Assembly: GCF_963506605.1 (NCBI RefSeq)
Contig: NC_083280.1
Span: 30,070,001-30,134,000 of the forward strand
Length of the DNA stretch: 64,000 nt
Reading direction: 5' to 3'
Source: Zootoca vivipara
Lineage: Eukaryota
Part shown: one piece after another, positions 41,131-54,894 of the stretch
Position numbering within the stretch: position 1 is the stretch's first letter
Layout of the letters: each line of letters begins with the position of its first letter
Program-made: the position numbers and the translations under genes
The notes under the pieces: model-generated
What the model saw: the letters and a program-made list of their open reading frames with translations, nothing else
The model's database searches: none
Told to the model about the DNA's origin: nothing

Positions 41131-43877
41131 TAGCACTTTGCGCATTGTATACATTGGGTTACAAGAAAAACACAGGTGGTAAGACTGAATTTCCAAAAAT
41201 ACTGCTCTGCTTTGGACATTTCTTTAAAGAGCCATGTTTAATTTAAATATTTGGTGAATTTATAAAGACCTGATAACACAGTTTTGGCATGCTTTACTTC
41301 TCCACCTGCATTCATTCATGTTCCAGCTAATATGATCGGGAACCTTTTTTTCTGGGCACAGTTATGGGCTGTAATATTTGGCCTTCCCTTTTGTAGTTTG
41401 AGTTCTTCCAAATTAAGTTTCATACTGATTAGGTTTGATCTGGTTCCTTTATAGGAGAAATGGGAAGAAATGTAGTGTGTATAAACTGTATGATACTTTT
41501 TGCTGTTGTACTCACTGCTCATAGTGGACTGTACAGAGCGATGTTTTTATTTCACTCAATGTAGACAAAACAAATTTAAAATAAATGGATTTAGTGTACA
41601 AGGAGCACTAATTCAAGTGTATTTAGAGCACAGGGATGACAATTTATTAAACTAAATATTGCCCCTTGGAGAAGCACATTAGCCTGCACTCTATTCACAA
41701 AGTAGAGAGGGGGTTATGGCTTTTGATTTCCCACTTTTCAGAAGGTTCGAGTGAAGCCATTGTGCACTATTAATTTACTGTTTTAAAATGCAATCTAAAA
41801 ATGCAATAAATATTGTTACTTTGATCTTAATGAAATCTCCAGTTCTTACAGCAAATATTTTCTGCCTCTCCTCAGGGTGATTCAGCATAACATTTGCTAC
41901 AGTGCTTTCAAAACCAGGGTATTTCTTAGAGGATGTTCGTAAATGTTAACTTTATGTTGTCCTTGTACCATATAACATACTTGCTTTTGCACCAAATAAC
42001 TAACTTCTTTAGAGATCACCCTAAAGTTGCCACTGGTGAATTAAATCTAGCTTTATTTTATACATAGTAATAGATAACCTCTCAGATGTAACAGGTCTGA
42101 TTGTTTTCTCTGTAACACTGTGAACTTAAACAAAACTGGTGCAGCATGAAAAAAATTGAGGGGTTTTTTTGGGGGGGAGGTGGGGAGATGCAAATTCCCT
42201 AATGTCTGTTATGTGTTGGCCCCTTGTAAAGGGGTCTGTATTTGAGCAATATTCACCTAGCAATCCATGTTGGTCTCTGTCACGGTGAACTGTACAGCTA
42301 GTGCGAGTGAGAAGGGAAAACTTCAAAGAACTCTGTTGAGCATTTTGCTGCAGTATATTTGTATGCTTAGTTGAATATATAACAAATACCTTTTTTGTAG
42401 AATAGCTGCTACTTAGCAGGTGTTTAGCACATTTGTATTGTTTCTCATATATTGTCAGTTATCCTTATGATGTTGTAGTAAGGTAAGTCAAAAGAATGAT
42501 GGAAAAGAGAAATTGTAAAGTGTGTGGGGGGCAGAAGCTGAAAGACAAAGGTAAAGGGTAAAGGGACGCCTCAGCGTTAGCTGATAAAGAAATAAAAGTG
42601 GTTCTGTGACACAAGCTGTTTGAAGCAAACACAGATAAATTGCATAGGCTTCAGTAGCAATGAACTGGATATGTGTATACCTGCCCAAGATTTCCCAGCC
42701 ATTTTTTTAAAAGTAACTTAAGATTGTAACCTATACTTGAACACGCAGATGATTGCTCTTAATATTTCTCATCGTTTCTTATTGAGGCTACTACTATTTG
42801 CTGGTCATGTTCACTACATGAATTAGGCAAGTTTGCTTTAACATTCCTTTTTTGTAGTATTGTTGGCATGCCATATCCTTGCATTCATTTCTTTTCGTAA
42901 GCTTGAGGGGTGTGGATTTGCTAGGGAATTTATAACAAAGTCGGCAACAAGCATGCTAATTTAATTAACTGTAAATTTAAGAACTATATCTGTCAGTCTT
43001 CTCACTGTGACTGAAGTTTAGCTGCTGCAAGATAAACTTTACTTTGCTCTATAAAGCCACATCCTGTCTGCCCTATCTTTCAGTAGCCATTTGCTGATAA
43101 GAAGGAAGCAGTGTTGTCTTATTGCACTGTTTCAGGCTCTAGGGCTGATAAATAGCTAGTAGGATGCCACTTAAGGGACTGTTATGTCATGTCCTATTGA
43201 ATAAGGTATTCACAAGATACATCTGCAGGTGAGGAATGCTGGCATGCAGGACTGGGATAAGGCTGCCTGCTGGTGCAAGCTGATAGGTTTTCCCCTATGC
43301 AAGTATATAATGGGGACCTATATACTTGATCCTGTGATCTAGTGTCTGAATGCAAATAGGGCCAGAAGCTTATACATTTGGAAAAAATAACTTTTAAGTA
43401 GCAACAACTCTGGAAAGAAAATTTGTTTTTGCTGAGGAGGGTTGCTTAGCCCTTTCTACCATTTCTCTCACTAAAATTCCACCCACCCCATCAGCTATTT
43501 GCCCTGCTGAGGAAAATGTATTGAGTTCATCCTCCCGCCCTAGTACGCTGTTTTAAAAGGTATATGTGGAATGGGGATCTGCTTCTAGATTTCCTGCATA
43601 TCATCTAGTTTAACCTTTAGATTGTATATTAATGTATATTAAGGCTGAATAATACTCTTATGATGAACACTATTTCTAGAGGTTTTGGGAGGTGGGTGAA
43701 GGAGGTGTTTTTTTTAAGTTTTCCTTGTTCAACCCGTTTGCTTTTACTCCTGTTTACAGCCTTTTGGCAGCATTTGAAAATCCTACTACTTCTTGACTCC
43801 ATTTCCCCATTATTCTGTGTCAATTACGGCAGAAAGCATTGTGTCCACTCCAGATACACTTCATGATGATGCCACAT

Positions 43878-44190
43878 AGATTCATTGATAGTTGGAAGGG
43901 ATCTCGCAGGTCATCTAGTCCAACCCCCTGCTGTGCAGGGATCTCAACTAAAGCATTCATGATAGATGGCCATCCAACCTCTGCTTTCAAACCTCCAAGG
44001 AAGGAGAATCCACCACCTCCTGAGGGAGTCCGCTCCACCGTCAGACAGCTTTTACTGACAAAAAGTTATTCCTGGCGTTTAGTCAGAATCTCCCTTGTAA
44101 CTTGAAGATTCTACCCTCCGAAGCAGGAGAATACAAGCTTGCTTCAACCTCCATGTGACAGCCTTTTAGATATTTGAAGATGCCTATCAA
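43878..44190 (-). mobile_element. CR1 LINE 3' fragment
   Basis: Similar to 235-560 and 5783-6095. Confidence 0.8.
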
Positions 44191-44236
44191 ATATCTACCA
44201 TTTTAGATTTTAGCACTGTGTAGCAGAAGTGATGGA

Positions 44237-44522
44237 GGGGTGCAGGTGGCTCTGTGGGTTAAACCACCTAGGGCTTGCCGATCAGAAGGTTGCCAGTTAG
44301 AATCCCCGCGACGGGATGTGCTCCTGTTGCTCGGTCCTTGCTCCTGCCAACCTAGCAGTTCGAAAGTGCATCAAAGTGCAAGTAGATAAATAGGTACCGC
44401 TCCAGCGGGAAGGTAAACACCATTTCCGTGTGCTGCTCTGGTTCGCCAGAAGCGGCTTTGTCATGCTGGCCACATGACCCGGAAGCTGTACACTGGCTCC
44501 CTCGGCCAATGACACGAGATGA
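44237..44522 (+). mobile_element. Sauria SINE, 3'-truncated
   Basis: Head and core match the other copies. Confidence 0.85.
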
Positions 44523-46811
44523 CCCCAAAAGGTTGGGGGGGGGGTCCTTCTTGCATCAAGTAGACAAGTTGGGACATGTTTTGACTCAGCCTCTGTGAAC
44601 ATGTTTATTTTCTACCATTAGACGATGCTATAGTGCTATTTGCTGGCACAGAGCCAGCAAAGGGCATCCACTATCTATCAGGAGGTGTAGACAGCCATTC
44701 TGGATAGAACTACAGAAAACAGACCCTCAAATCTATAATGTGTTAAGGCAAAGTTTTTCAATCCTGTGAAGATCAAATTACACTTCCTAAAAGCAAACTC
44801 TTAACCATATGAAAGAACCTTCCTTGGAAAAGGATCCCTCTTCAGCATGGGAGGAAAATCATTAAAATCACATTTGTTTGAATCCAGCACAGTAAATATG
44901 AAAACTGAATACTGTAAAGATGCCTACATAAAGTTGTGATTGTGCTAAAGTGCAATTTTAGAGTAAATTAATGCAGGTCCTGTTTTCTGTACTTAGTATT
45001 TTTTTTTATGCTTACTGTAAACCTTATTCTGCTTTGTTTCTGAGCTCCATACAGCTTTTCCCTTAAAATGGTTGCTGCACTTTTATATTATTAAAGCAGT
45101 GATTGACATGTTCTGCTTAAAAGCGGTATGTTTTAGAAGGCAATGATACCATAACTTTCCACAGAATTCCAATTTCTATGAAGCTACTTGACAATAACAT
45201 TTGAAGCCTCTAAATGACAGAACAGCCCTCTCCCATCATAGTATTGTGACAAGAACCCACTATCATTTGGTGATGGAGGCTGGTTTATTGGAGAAGTAAT
45301 CTACTGAAACACCTAAAATTATACTGCCAAGGCAGCTTTGCAATTATGTCACAAAACCTTTTGTAGAGCATTACGGGAGGAAATGCAGGGTTACCTTCAA
45401 TGTACTGTATATTAAATTGTGGCTTTACCCTTTGTCGTGGAGCTGATACGAAGAGCTACATAGAATATTAACATACATTGGATGAAAGTTACAGATGAGA
45501 TGGAAGGTAACATGATCCCCAAGACTTTGTTTGAAACTAGGGTTGACTGAAATTTAGTTGATTATTTGCTTTAATGGATTATCCAGTTTATTGGTTAAAT
45601 CTGCAAACATTTGCGTAATATAGTTCTGAAGGTGGAAAGGTTTACTTTGAGCCAGAATCAATGAAGCAGGTGTGCTAGCGGGAGCCAGAGCAACAGAACT
45701 TACTCCACTCCCATGCTGCCAAAATTAGCATTTGTAGAATTTCTACACATTTTATCAGGTGGGGCACATTGTATTCTTTGAAATGGGCACATCTTCATTT
45801 TAATTATTGCCATGTCTATGGATGGAATGTAGACATGCATAATGCTCAAGAATTCTGCACCTGATGACAGGTCTGCATATCTTTGACCATATCTCAAAGA
45901 TGATAGCTTCCATCATTTAAATGGATCAATAGATCATTCACAATACTTGCAACTTGAGCTATATCCAATCAATAACAAGCATCCAGACAAAATTGAACAA
46001 CTTGTCCTGTATTTTGCGGATTTATTTACAGCCTGCACTTAGTGCTGTCCTGTAAATGCTTTCTTAATTGCTGTTGGAATATATTTTACTGTCCCTCAGC
46101 CCAGTTTTACTACTTTATGTAAACTAAAACACTTTCCTCCAGTGGAGGCTATGTTAGGTCATATTATGAAACTTTAACTTCTAACAGCATCAACGTGTTT
46201 GAGAATTTCAGAATCTAGTGAATGCATCATCTGAGCAGGTTTGCACATGCATGGCATCATGAAGTGATTATGGTATCAAGTGATGGCTGGCATAAAAACA
46301 AGCAAAGGGTGGATAAGACACTTTTGTAATAACATCTTTGGAGACAATTCACCTATTGAGCTACAAGTAATTCATTGTCAAGACAGAGCTTGGGTGGCAC
46401 CTTGTTGGATGATACATAAATAGATGGATAAGTAAGGCATTCGATGTGAGAATGAGTAGCATGAATTCTGCAAATGGTCTCAGAAACTTTGGGGCCAGAC
46501 TAACCTATAATATGGGGTGGGGAACCTCAGGCCCCACAACCAAATACAGCCCGCCCCCGGCTTCTTTCTCTGGTTCTTAGGGTGCTTCCAAGAATATACT
46601 GTACCTCCTCCTCAGATCAAAAATCTCAAACAACTTTCTTGAGTGATTTTGACTGGCCGAGATGTGACAATGTCCCTTTCTTTCTTAGATGGATAACAGT
46701 GGAGCAGTAGGGAGCAGGTGATTCTTGTATTGCTGAAACAGAGCCTTCTCTATAAAAGTCATCCACTTTTTTTTTTTTTGCCTTTGGCCCCTGCCACTAC
46801 TGGCATGTGTA

Positions 46812-47203
46812 GGGGAGCAGGTGGCGCTATGGTCTAAACCACTGAGCCTCTTGGGCTTGCCGATCGGAAGGTCAGTGGTTCAAATTTGCACGACGAGATA
46901 AGCTCCCCTTGCTCTGTCCCAGCTTCTGCCAACCTACCGGTAGCAGTTCAAAAGCACACCAGTGCAAGCAGATAAATAGGTACCGCTGCGGCAGGAAGGT
47001 AAATGGTGTTTCCGTGCGCTCTGGCACTCATCACGGTGTCCTGTTGCGACAGAAGCGGTTAAGTCATGCTGGCCACATGACCTGGAAATCTGTCTGCAAA
47101 CAAACACCAGCTCTGTCAGCCTGAAACAAGATAAGCACCGCACCCCAGACACCTTTGACTGGACTTAAGCGAGCAGCTGCAGGGGTGTTTTGCCTTTACC
47201 TTT
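46812..47203 (+). mobile_element. Sauria SINE inserted in an older hAT-like remnant
   Basis: TSD tactggcatgtg (46798-46809 / 47204-47215). Confidence 0.85.
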
Positions 47204-47509
47204 TACTGGCATGTGGCCCCTGGGAGGCCCTTTGGCTGTAAATGCTTCCTTTCCCCTGCTATGATATGTGTGCCACTGTATCTGTGCCTGGGTATCCTTG
47301 TAGAATAGCAATGCCTGCAGAACAGGCGAGTTGCAAGGTTAAAGAGAAGTGTGTAAACATTGCCTTGGTTGCTCTGCCCACCACCGGCGTGTGGCCCTCA
47401 GGAGTTTTGGCCCAAAAGGGCCTGACTCAAGTTCCCCACCCTGTGGCAAGGATTTGGCCTAGCACTGCCTGGTGCGCCATGCAGGTGCTCCAAGACCCCC
47501 AGCGACCTA

Positions 47510-48266
47510 CAGGTGAAACTCGGAAAATTAGAGTATCGTCAAAAAGTGCATTTATTTCCGTAATGCAACTTATTCTTTTTTTCTTTTTCTTTTAATTTTT
47601 ACAAATGCTTTCTTTTGGAAATTCCACAGTAATAAAACAAATACAGTAGATACAATAATATAAAAATAAACATTGCTATTACATTTCATTAATTACATTC
47701 CATTTATAATTGACCCGCCTAATGACAAATAGGGACCCAGGTGGCGCTGTGGGTTAAACCACATAGTCTAGGGCTTGCTGATCAGAAGGTCGACGGTTCG
47801 AATCCCTGCAACGGGGTGAGCTCCCATTGCTCGGTCCCAGCTCCTGCCAACCTAGCAGTTCGAAAGCATGTTAAAGTGCAAGTAGATAAATAGGGACCGT
47901 CACCGCTCCGGCGGGAAGGTAAACGGCGTTTCCGTGCGCTGCTCTGGTTCGCCAGAAGCAGCTTTGTCATGCTGGCTACATGACCCGGAAGCTGTCTGCG
48001 GACAAACGCCGGCTCCCTCGGCCTATAGAGCGAGATGAGTGCCGCAACCCCAGAGTCGGACACGACTGGACCTGATGGTCAGGGGGCCCTTTACCTTTAC
48101 ATTTTAATGACAAATAATTACAATTACAACAAATATAGGCTTGACATGCCTTGCTTTTTGCATGTCATGCATCTATCTCATATACAGTATTGGTTTCACC
48201 TTTTAAGTTGCATTACTGAAATAAATGCACTTTTCGACGATATTCTAATTTTCCGAGTTTCTCCTG
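47510..48266. mobile_element. Tc1/mariner-type element with ~60-bp TIRs and nested insertions
   Basis: ta|caggtgaaactcggaaaattaga...gtaatgcaactt vs aagttgcattac...tctaattttccgagtttctcctg|ta. Confidence 0.85.
47732..48104 (+). mobile_element. Sauria SINE nested in the Tc1-like element
   Basis: TSD taatgacaaata (47720-47731 / 48105-48116). Confidence 0.92.
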
Positions 48267-48329
48267 TATGTCTGGCCCTTTCCCTATCCTGTTTAAGTAA
48301 AAGGGGATTTAGGACTGGCTGGGGGGGGG

Positions 48330-48760
48330 GCAGCTTCGCTCGTGAGGCGACTGCCTTCCCGCCCCCCTCCCCTCCTGCGAGCAGCTGCTAAAACCCGACG
48401 CACGCGCGCGGGGGGAGGGAGGGAGCGCGGCGGTCCCGCCTCCGAGTGGCGCGCGGAGAGGGCGGGCCGTGGCGGAAGAGCGCAGCTTAGGCAGAGGCGA
48501 AGCCGGCGTCCCGGCTCACTTGTTGCAGGATGGGCTGCAGGCGCGGTTGGCTGAGGAGGCGCAGGAGGCTCCGGTGCGCCTTCCCGGCGCAGGCACCATG
48601 GAGCCGGGCGCTGGCTCTGTCAGGTAGGTGCGGGGCTGCCGGGGTAAGCGCTGGAGCCGCTGGCCCGAGCGTTTGTTGTTTGGTATCCAGGCTGCGGCGC
48701 GTCTCTTCGGACTCCGGCGTTGCGCCTCCTTCCATTATCTCGAGTCCCTTTCCTGCCTTT
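48330..48760 (+). promoter_or_regulatory. CpG island, likely FAM124B promoter and first exon
   Basis: Abrupt GC/CpG-rich non-repetitive island with GC boxes (cccgcc, gggcgg) and an ETS-like cggaag; donor cag|gtaggt at 48623/48624. Confidence 0.8.
48598..48623 (+). CDS. FAM124B: Predicted first coding exon of FAM124B (MEPGAGSV-, 26 nt, phase 2)
   Basis: Strong Kozak gcaccATGg then cag|gtaggt donor; in frame with FAM124B via the microexon. Confidence 0.6.
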
Positions 48761-51700
48761 TCTCCAGCGAGGATGGCTGGTGGGTGCTTTTCCCAAGGAA
48801 ACGGGAACGATAGGCGTCGCCTGTTGGGTTTTCCTCCCGGTTGGGGGGGTTGCTCTTTTAACACCCCACCCCACCCACCCCAAGGGTCACGATGCCAACT
48901 TTGTTGCCCAGACTTGCCAAAAACTTAAAATGCAGGCTCCTCCAGCCCAGCCCATCCTAGTCTCTCAGGGAACTGAAGAGCGCTATGGTTATAGTTTTTC
49001 TACTGGATGGAAGTTGGGAGCAGGAGAGAAATGCAGCTTTAAATATTTTACCTTGTAAAAGTGGCCTGAGTCTGTTTTTTAAAGTTTTTTTCAGGGTCGT
49101 TTTTCATAGGATTCCTTGTTTAATTGCCCCTCTCCAAAATATTTTTATCTATTGTGTATTTTTTTAGTCAATCTTGTTTAAATTTAGGCTGCCTTGGGTC
49201 CTGCAGTGCAAAAAGGTCGGCTGAGCTAAGCAAGATATAAAATCAGTCAATTAATCCATTAATAAAATCCAGCTTTTTCAGACCCAGAGCCTACCTTTAA
49301 CCCATTGGCAGTGCTGCTGTTGTGATCCACCTTCGATCAGGCTGTGTGAGCTGGCAGTGGGTCGCTTCCCCCCAGCCAAAGGCAGCTGGCGCAAGTAATC
49401 TCATGGGGCTGAGAAATGGGTGGGGTGGAAGAAGCTGCCTCAGACCAAAGGTCTTACCTATCTAGTGTCTGGCATCCTTTCCATCCTCAAAACAGCCACC
49501 TAGATGCCTTTGGGGAGCCTGGAAACAAGAGCATGAGGTCTGTAATCTTCTCCCTCTGCTGTTTTCCTCCAGCGACTGGTATTCAGAGGCAGGCAGCCTG
49601 GGCTCCTAACATGTATTATTCGGATTGTAAATGGTTACTGTTCGTGTATTTATAGAAGTATTTCTGTGCTTTCGTATCGTAAAATAGGGTGGTGAGTACA
49701 GGACACCATTAAAAGCAATACAAAGAATAATTAAAGTGACTGCAGAGCTTGTCTGCATAGAAAGGTCTTCAAGAGACTCCTGAAACTTTGCTGGACTAAC
49801 GCAGCATGGGACCAACCACCAACTTCTAGTTGAGGCCAGTAAGGTGTCTTTGACACGGGGATGATGCTGTATTTTTACATTGTTGTGACCCACTCAGAGA
49901 CTTTATGGTGAAGAGTGGGTAAGTAGTAGTAGTAATAATAATAATAATAATGCTGTCATGACTTGTATCTATAGCCTTATTCCCATAGCGTTTGTCTGCA
50001 AGAGTCCTTTGCGGATCAAGTTTTAGCTGCAAATAACAACTTCCCCTTTCCTTTCACCACTTTAAGGAGAAGCGCAGTGCGATCCTCTGTATGTTTGTTC
50101 AGAAGTTCAGGGAGACTTGCTTCCACAAGAGTGTGTAGGATTGTAGCATTAGGGTTCCTTTGTAATAGGAGCCTCTGAGTAAGTTTCATTGGGGCTAGTT
50201 TGAGTAGACATGTGTAGGATTGTGTTGTTAAGCTTGCAACACAATGCACCAGGCATTATTGGTACTGTCCCCAAAAAGGTTTTTTCAAATGACTGCTAGA
50301 TATACAGTTTATTCTCTCTTCCCATCACACACACACACATACACCAAAAACCCATTTGTCTTCCACTTATGTACACATCCTTCACTCTCCCAAAATCTGG
50401 ATGTGTACTTATTACAAAGAAACCACGACCCTCACTGCTTGCTTACTGTTTGGTGCAAAGTGGGTTTGTCATGCTGTTCTGTTGTTGAATGAGGAGCAGA
50501 TAAAGGGCCATATGATGAAACCTTTGCAAATATATTTGTATTTGGCTAAATCTGTTGTGTGCTTTTTTAAAAAGAATATTCACAAAATGATGTACATAAA
50601 AGCAAAAGTAAAAATGTAAGAAAGAAAGCCCATTTTGCAAAGAAGTAATATATCAAGAGGTTACCAGGGTAGCTTCTCCTTATTCATCCTCTTGGCTAGG
50701 TTATTTGAGAAATGTGACCTTTTGACTTGTGTTAACTTTGGTCTCTGGCTTCCCTGCCTGCAGCTCCCTAAGAACTGCTATGGGAACAGTTGTGCAGCCT
50801 CCAAGAAAATGAGGTGGTGAAGGGCAGGGAGGATGGAAAGAGAAGGGAGATTATGCGGCTATTAATCAATTGTTTTGGCATTGTGATGGTAAAAAGTGAC
50901 CTATCTGTGGGAACAGTCATTATTAACGTAGCACAACTTGGGTGTGTGGCACTTTAAAAAGCAACATAAGCAAAATATACGGTAGGTACCTACTGCCAAG
51001 CCTCTTACAATCTCTTAATTTAGATCAAGGAGTTGGAGACAGGCAAGAAAATGTTGTTACTCAAGTAAAGCAGAATCTTATACATACTTAACCTTGAAGT
51101 GATTATTAATGGCACTTCTGAGTAGAGGTGTTTAGGATTGCTCCATTAGTCTTCATCCCCAACTAGGGGTGGTGGGGGAACTAATGGTGCAATCCCTTAT
51201 CCCATTTACTTGGGAGTAACCCCAGTGAATTCCATTAAATTGACTTCTGAGTAGACATGGGTGGGGTTGCACAGCAAGGGGTTAAACCGGTGGCCTCAAA
51301 GAAGTGCATTTTGAGTTGGGATCTGGAGGAAGAGAATGAGGTAGCAACATTGCTGTGATCTTTAGAAGGTGGGTCACAAATCAGAAGTTCTCAGTTTTCG
51401 GTGCAAACTATTATCAGCATTGAATTTGCTTCTCTTTATAAGCAAAGGGAAATCTGCCTTTAAAGCTTCTTATTTTGGATATTTGAACGGTTGAGACGCA
51501 ACTGATCTAACTAAATTGGAGTATCTTCTCTTGCTTAATAACGTAACTATTATGCTAACTTGGACCATGTTTAACACAGACCATCATTCTTTGCAAGAAC
51601 CCCACAGGCTTTTGGCGTTTGCCTTGGGCTGCCATCTCCTTTGTGTCCATCCCTGATACAAAGAACCAGCTTCTGCTCAGGAATATGAAAAGTGTGAACC

Positions 51701-51945
51701 CCTCTACCATAACAGCACGAAACTGGGGTACAAGTACTACCCAAAGCTCTCACAGCTTTGTCTTTTTTGTTGTTGTTCACAAAGATTTTGAAGCATAGAA
51801 TTTTGGCAGGTGGCAAGAGTCAGGGAAGACGTTCATCCTTATGAGATAACTTCTGACTCTCTTGCACGTTTTTCTGTGCACAAGAATGTTAAGAGGGTAC
51901 AGGCCAGGGGCCTTGCATGGATGGGGCAGGCTACACAGTGACAGT

Positions 51946-52040
51946 ATCATAGAATCATATAGTTGGAAGAGACTACAAGGGCCATCCAGTCCAACCCCTT
52001 GCCAAGCAGGAAACACCATCAAAGCATTCTTGACATATGG
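51946..52040 (-). mobile_element. Short CR1 3' end
   Basis: Near-identical to 237-325. Confidence 0.85.
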
Positions 52041-52343
52041 CTCTTGGCATATTGGCTGTGTCTGTTTAGTGGTGGATAAAGTTTTAAGTGTTAGAATCAT
52101 AGAATTTTTGGAAGGGACTTTGAAAGTTGAAGTAAATTTTATCTGTTTTAGTATGTTAACTTTTGTATGTTTCAAAGTACTTTGCCATTTTTTCTTGATT
52201 TCGCTGTTTCATCTTTTGGTAAACTGGGTGAGGTTTTTGTTGTTTTACACAATCAAGTGGTGTATAAATTTTATAATATAAGTAATTTATTCATTGATCC
52301 AGATCAATGCGCATAGTAGTCCTGGGCTGAGCTTCATCTAGAG

Positions 52344-52467
52344 CAGTTTGCCAAACTTGGGTCTCCAGCTGTTTTTGGACTACAACTCCCACCATCCCTA
52401 GCTAGCAGGACCGGTGAAAAGGGATGGTGGGAATTGTAGTCCACAAACAGCTGTTTGGGAAACTCTG
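52344..52467. mobile_element. hAT-type MITE
   Basis: ggactacaactccc core; TSD atctagag (52336-52343 / 52468-52475). Confidence 0.85.
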
Positions 52468-52794
52468 ATCTAGAGTAGCTCAAGGCACCTCCAACAGCTA
52501 GGCTAACTCTTCCCTCCCCAGCAGCACTCTGCAGGAAGATTTCCCCACCTCCCTGGGAACAGTGATTGAAGTATGCTCCCCGCCAAGCCTAATTGTAGTG
52601 TGAGGGGCACTTTGGGGTAGGGCATCATGTACCTGGCCCATATGACTTGCTTAAAGCAGTCCTAGCATCAGTTGGCAACCTCACCACAAAGGAACTGTGC
52701 CATTTGAAAGCACCCGTGTTAAGTAAAATCAATATGGTATAGCTGGACTAGATTATCCAATGTACCAATGTACCAATAACTTCTGTTTTTTCAG

Positions 52795-52829
52795 GTTCCA
52801 ATGCAGTGGATTGACAGCATTTTCTACAA
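52795..52829 (+). CDS. FAM124B: Predicted 35-nt microexon of FAM124B (-RFQCSGLTAFST-)
   Basis: ttctgttttttcag acceptor and consensus gtaagt donor; open in the frame linking ATG 48598 to exon 58335. Confidence 0.65.
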
Positions 52830-52977
52830 GTAAGTAATCCTTTCCTTGCAGTATATATGCTTTGATTAAGGAAGGGATGCTAGAGATTAGATGCTGAAGT
52901 CCTGAAAACTAGTCCAGAAACTTTAGTTGGTTGGGTTATTTCCATTCTCCTTGCAGTCTGCAAAGTATAAAAGCCTT

Positions 52978-53290
52978 AAAGGTAAAGGTAAGGGACCCCT
53001 GACCATTAGGTCCAGTCGTGACTGACTCTGGGGTTGCGGCGCTCATCTCGCATTATTGGCCAAGGGAGCCAGCGTACAGCTTCCAGGTCATGTGGCCAGC
53101 ATGACAAAGCTGCTTATGGCGAACCAGAGCAGCACACAGAAACCCCGTTTACCTTCCCGCTGTAGCAGTACCTATTTATCTACTTGCACTTTGACGTGCT
53201 TTTGAACTGCTAGGTTGGCAGGAGCTGGGACCGAGGAACGGGAGCTTACCCCGTTGCAGGGATTCGAACCGCCGACCTTCTGATTGGCAA
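52978..53290 (-). mobile_element. Sauria SINE (reverse)
   Basis: aaaggtaaaggta tail at the left; reverse complement of the SINE core. Confidence 0.88.
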
Positions 53291-54509
53291 TTCTAGCAGC
53301 TGTCTGAATACCGATAAGGTGTTCTGCTTTATGGGATCTGGTACCACACATCATCCCCAAGTGCAGTTCTTATTGAAAATGCTAAGAACTCCAAATGACT
53401 CAGACTGGCATGAATTAGCGTTGGACTTCCTTCCCGATGGACATATATTAGTATATACACATCAGCAAATCAAACTGGTGCCAAGAGGACAGATGCCTCC
53501 ACTCATTCCAAGCTCCCCACAGTCCAATGTAAGGCAGTTTGGTGTGCTCCGCCCATTTCAAATATACTTTTTATTATGTCCATACAATAGGAATATATTT
53601 TTCTATTGACGTTAGGGAGACACCCCAGGAATTCCAAATGGCCTTCGTTTGACATAGCATTGGGCTAGGAATTGTGCACATAGACAGGCACAGTCAAGCT
53701 TCATACTTTGGGAAGTTTCATCCTTTGGGAACGCTACTCCCAGCTATTGTGTTTACCATCCCAGTGAAATTTACTTGATTTTCTCTTTCATTCTGATTTT
53801 CTTTCTTTTTTTGCCAGGGTTAGAATTTGAAAAGGGACCAGCTTTTTGAGGCTCCATGAACAGCTCAAAAAGCCGCCCAGAGAGGCGGGAGGAACAATGT
53901 CATGCCAGCTGCAGTATAAATTACCAATTAGAAAAGCTGTCATGGGTGTGTTTCATGTGAGGACAAAGCATGGGCTGTTTACGACCAGAAGGCCAGAGGG
54001 ATGTGCGTATGCACGCCTGCTGCTCCCATAAAGATACCCTTTATCTTTCTACTCTAAAGTGGAGAAAGCTACAAACTTTTATTAAGAATTTAAACTTTTT
54101 ATTCTTGAATAGAAAGGATGAAACCATTAACACAAGCCAAATGGTGTTTGCTCAAAGGGGCTTTGTAAAAAATACAAAAGAAATCAGGTTATAGTTATTT
54201 GGGGTCTGTTGAATTGCACCTCCTAAAAAGTATTGCATTACCTGTTTGGTGTGCTCAGTATTGTGATCCATCTTAATTGTACAAGGGAGCAATCCTGGCT
54301 CCTGTCCAGGAGAGGGGACGTCACAGCTGCATTCAAAGCCCTGCTGTGAAAGCCAATCAGGCTGCAAGGTAGAGGTGGGTGGTTTCTTCCCCATTTTGCA
54401 GAAATAATCAGTAGGTGATAGATGTACTTGCTGAACTTGGGCCACAGTGGGTCTCAGCTCCACTCCTCCCTTCCACAGAAATACCTCTATTGTGTGGATC
54501 TTCTGTGGT

Positions 54510-54894
54510 AGGGACACGGGTGGCGCCATGGTCTGAACCACTGAGCCTCTTGGGCTTGCTGATCAGAAGATCGGTGGTTTGAATCCCCACGATGGAGTGA
54601 GCTCCCGTTGCTCTGTCCCAGCTCCTGCCAACCTTGCAGTTCAAAAGCATGCCAGTGCAAGTAGATAGATAGGTACCACTGCAGTGGGAAGGTAAACAGC
54701 GTTTCCGTGCACTCTGGTTTCCATCACGCTGTTCTGATGCGCCAGAAGCAGTTTAGTCATGCTGGCCACATGACCCAGAAAGCTGTCTGTGGACAAACGC
54801 CAGCTCCCTCAGCCTGAAAGCGAGATGAGCGCCACAACCCCATAGTTGCCTTTGACTGGACTTAACCATCCAGAGGTCATTTACCATTTTACCA
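54510..54894 (+). mobile_element. Sauria SINE
   Basis: Head, core and tail present; TSD ttctgtgg (54501-54508 / 54895-54902). Confidence 0.88.

Noticed and set aside
48487-49058. Long ORFs on both strands of the CpG island
   Set aside because: Compositional ORFs running past the splice donor; only 48598-48623 fits a gene model
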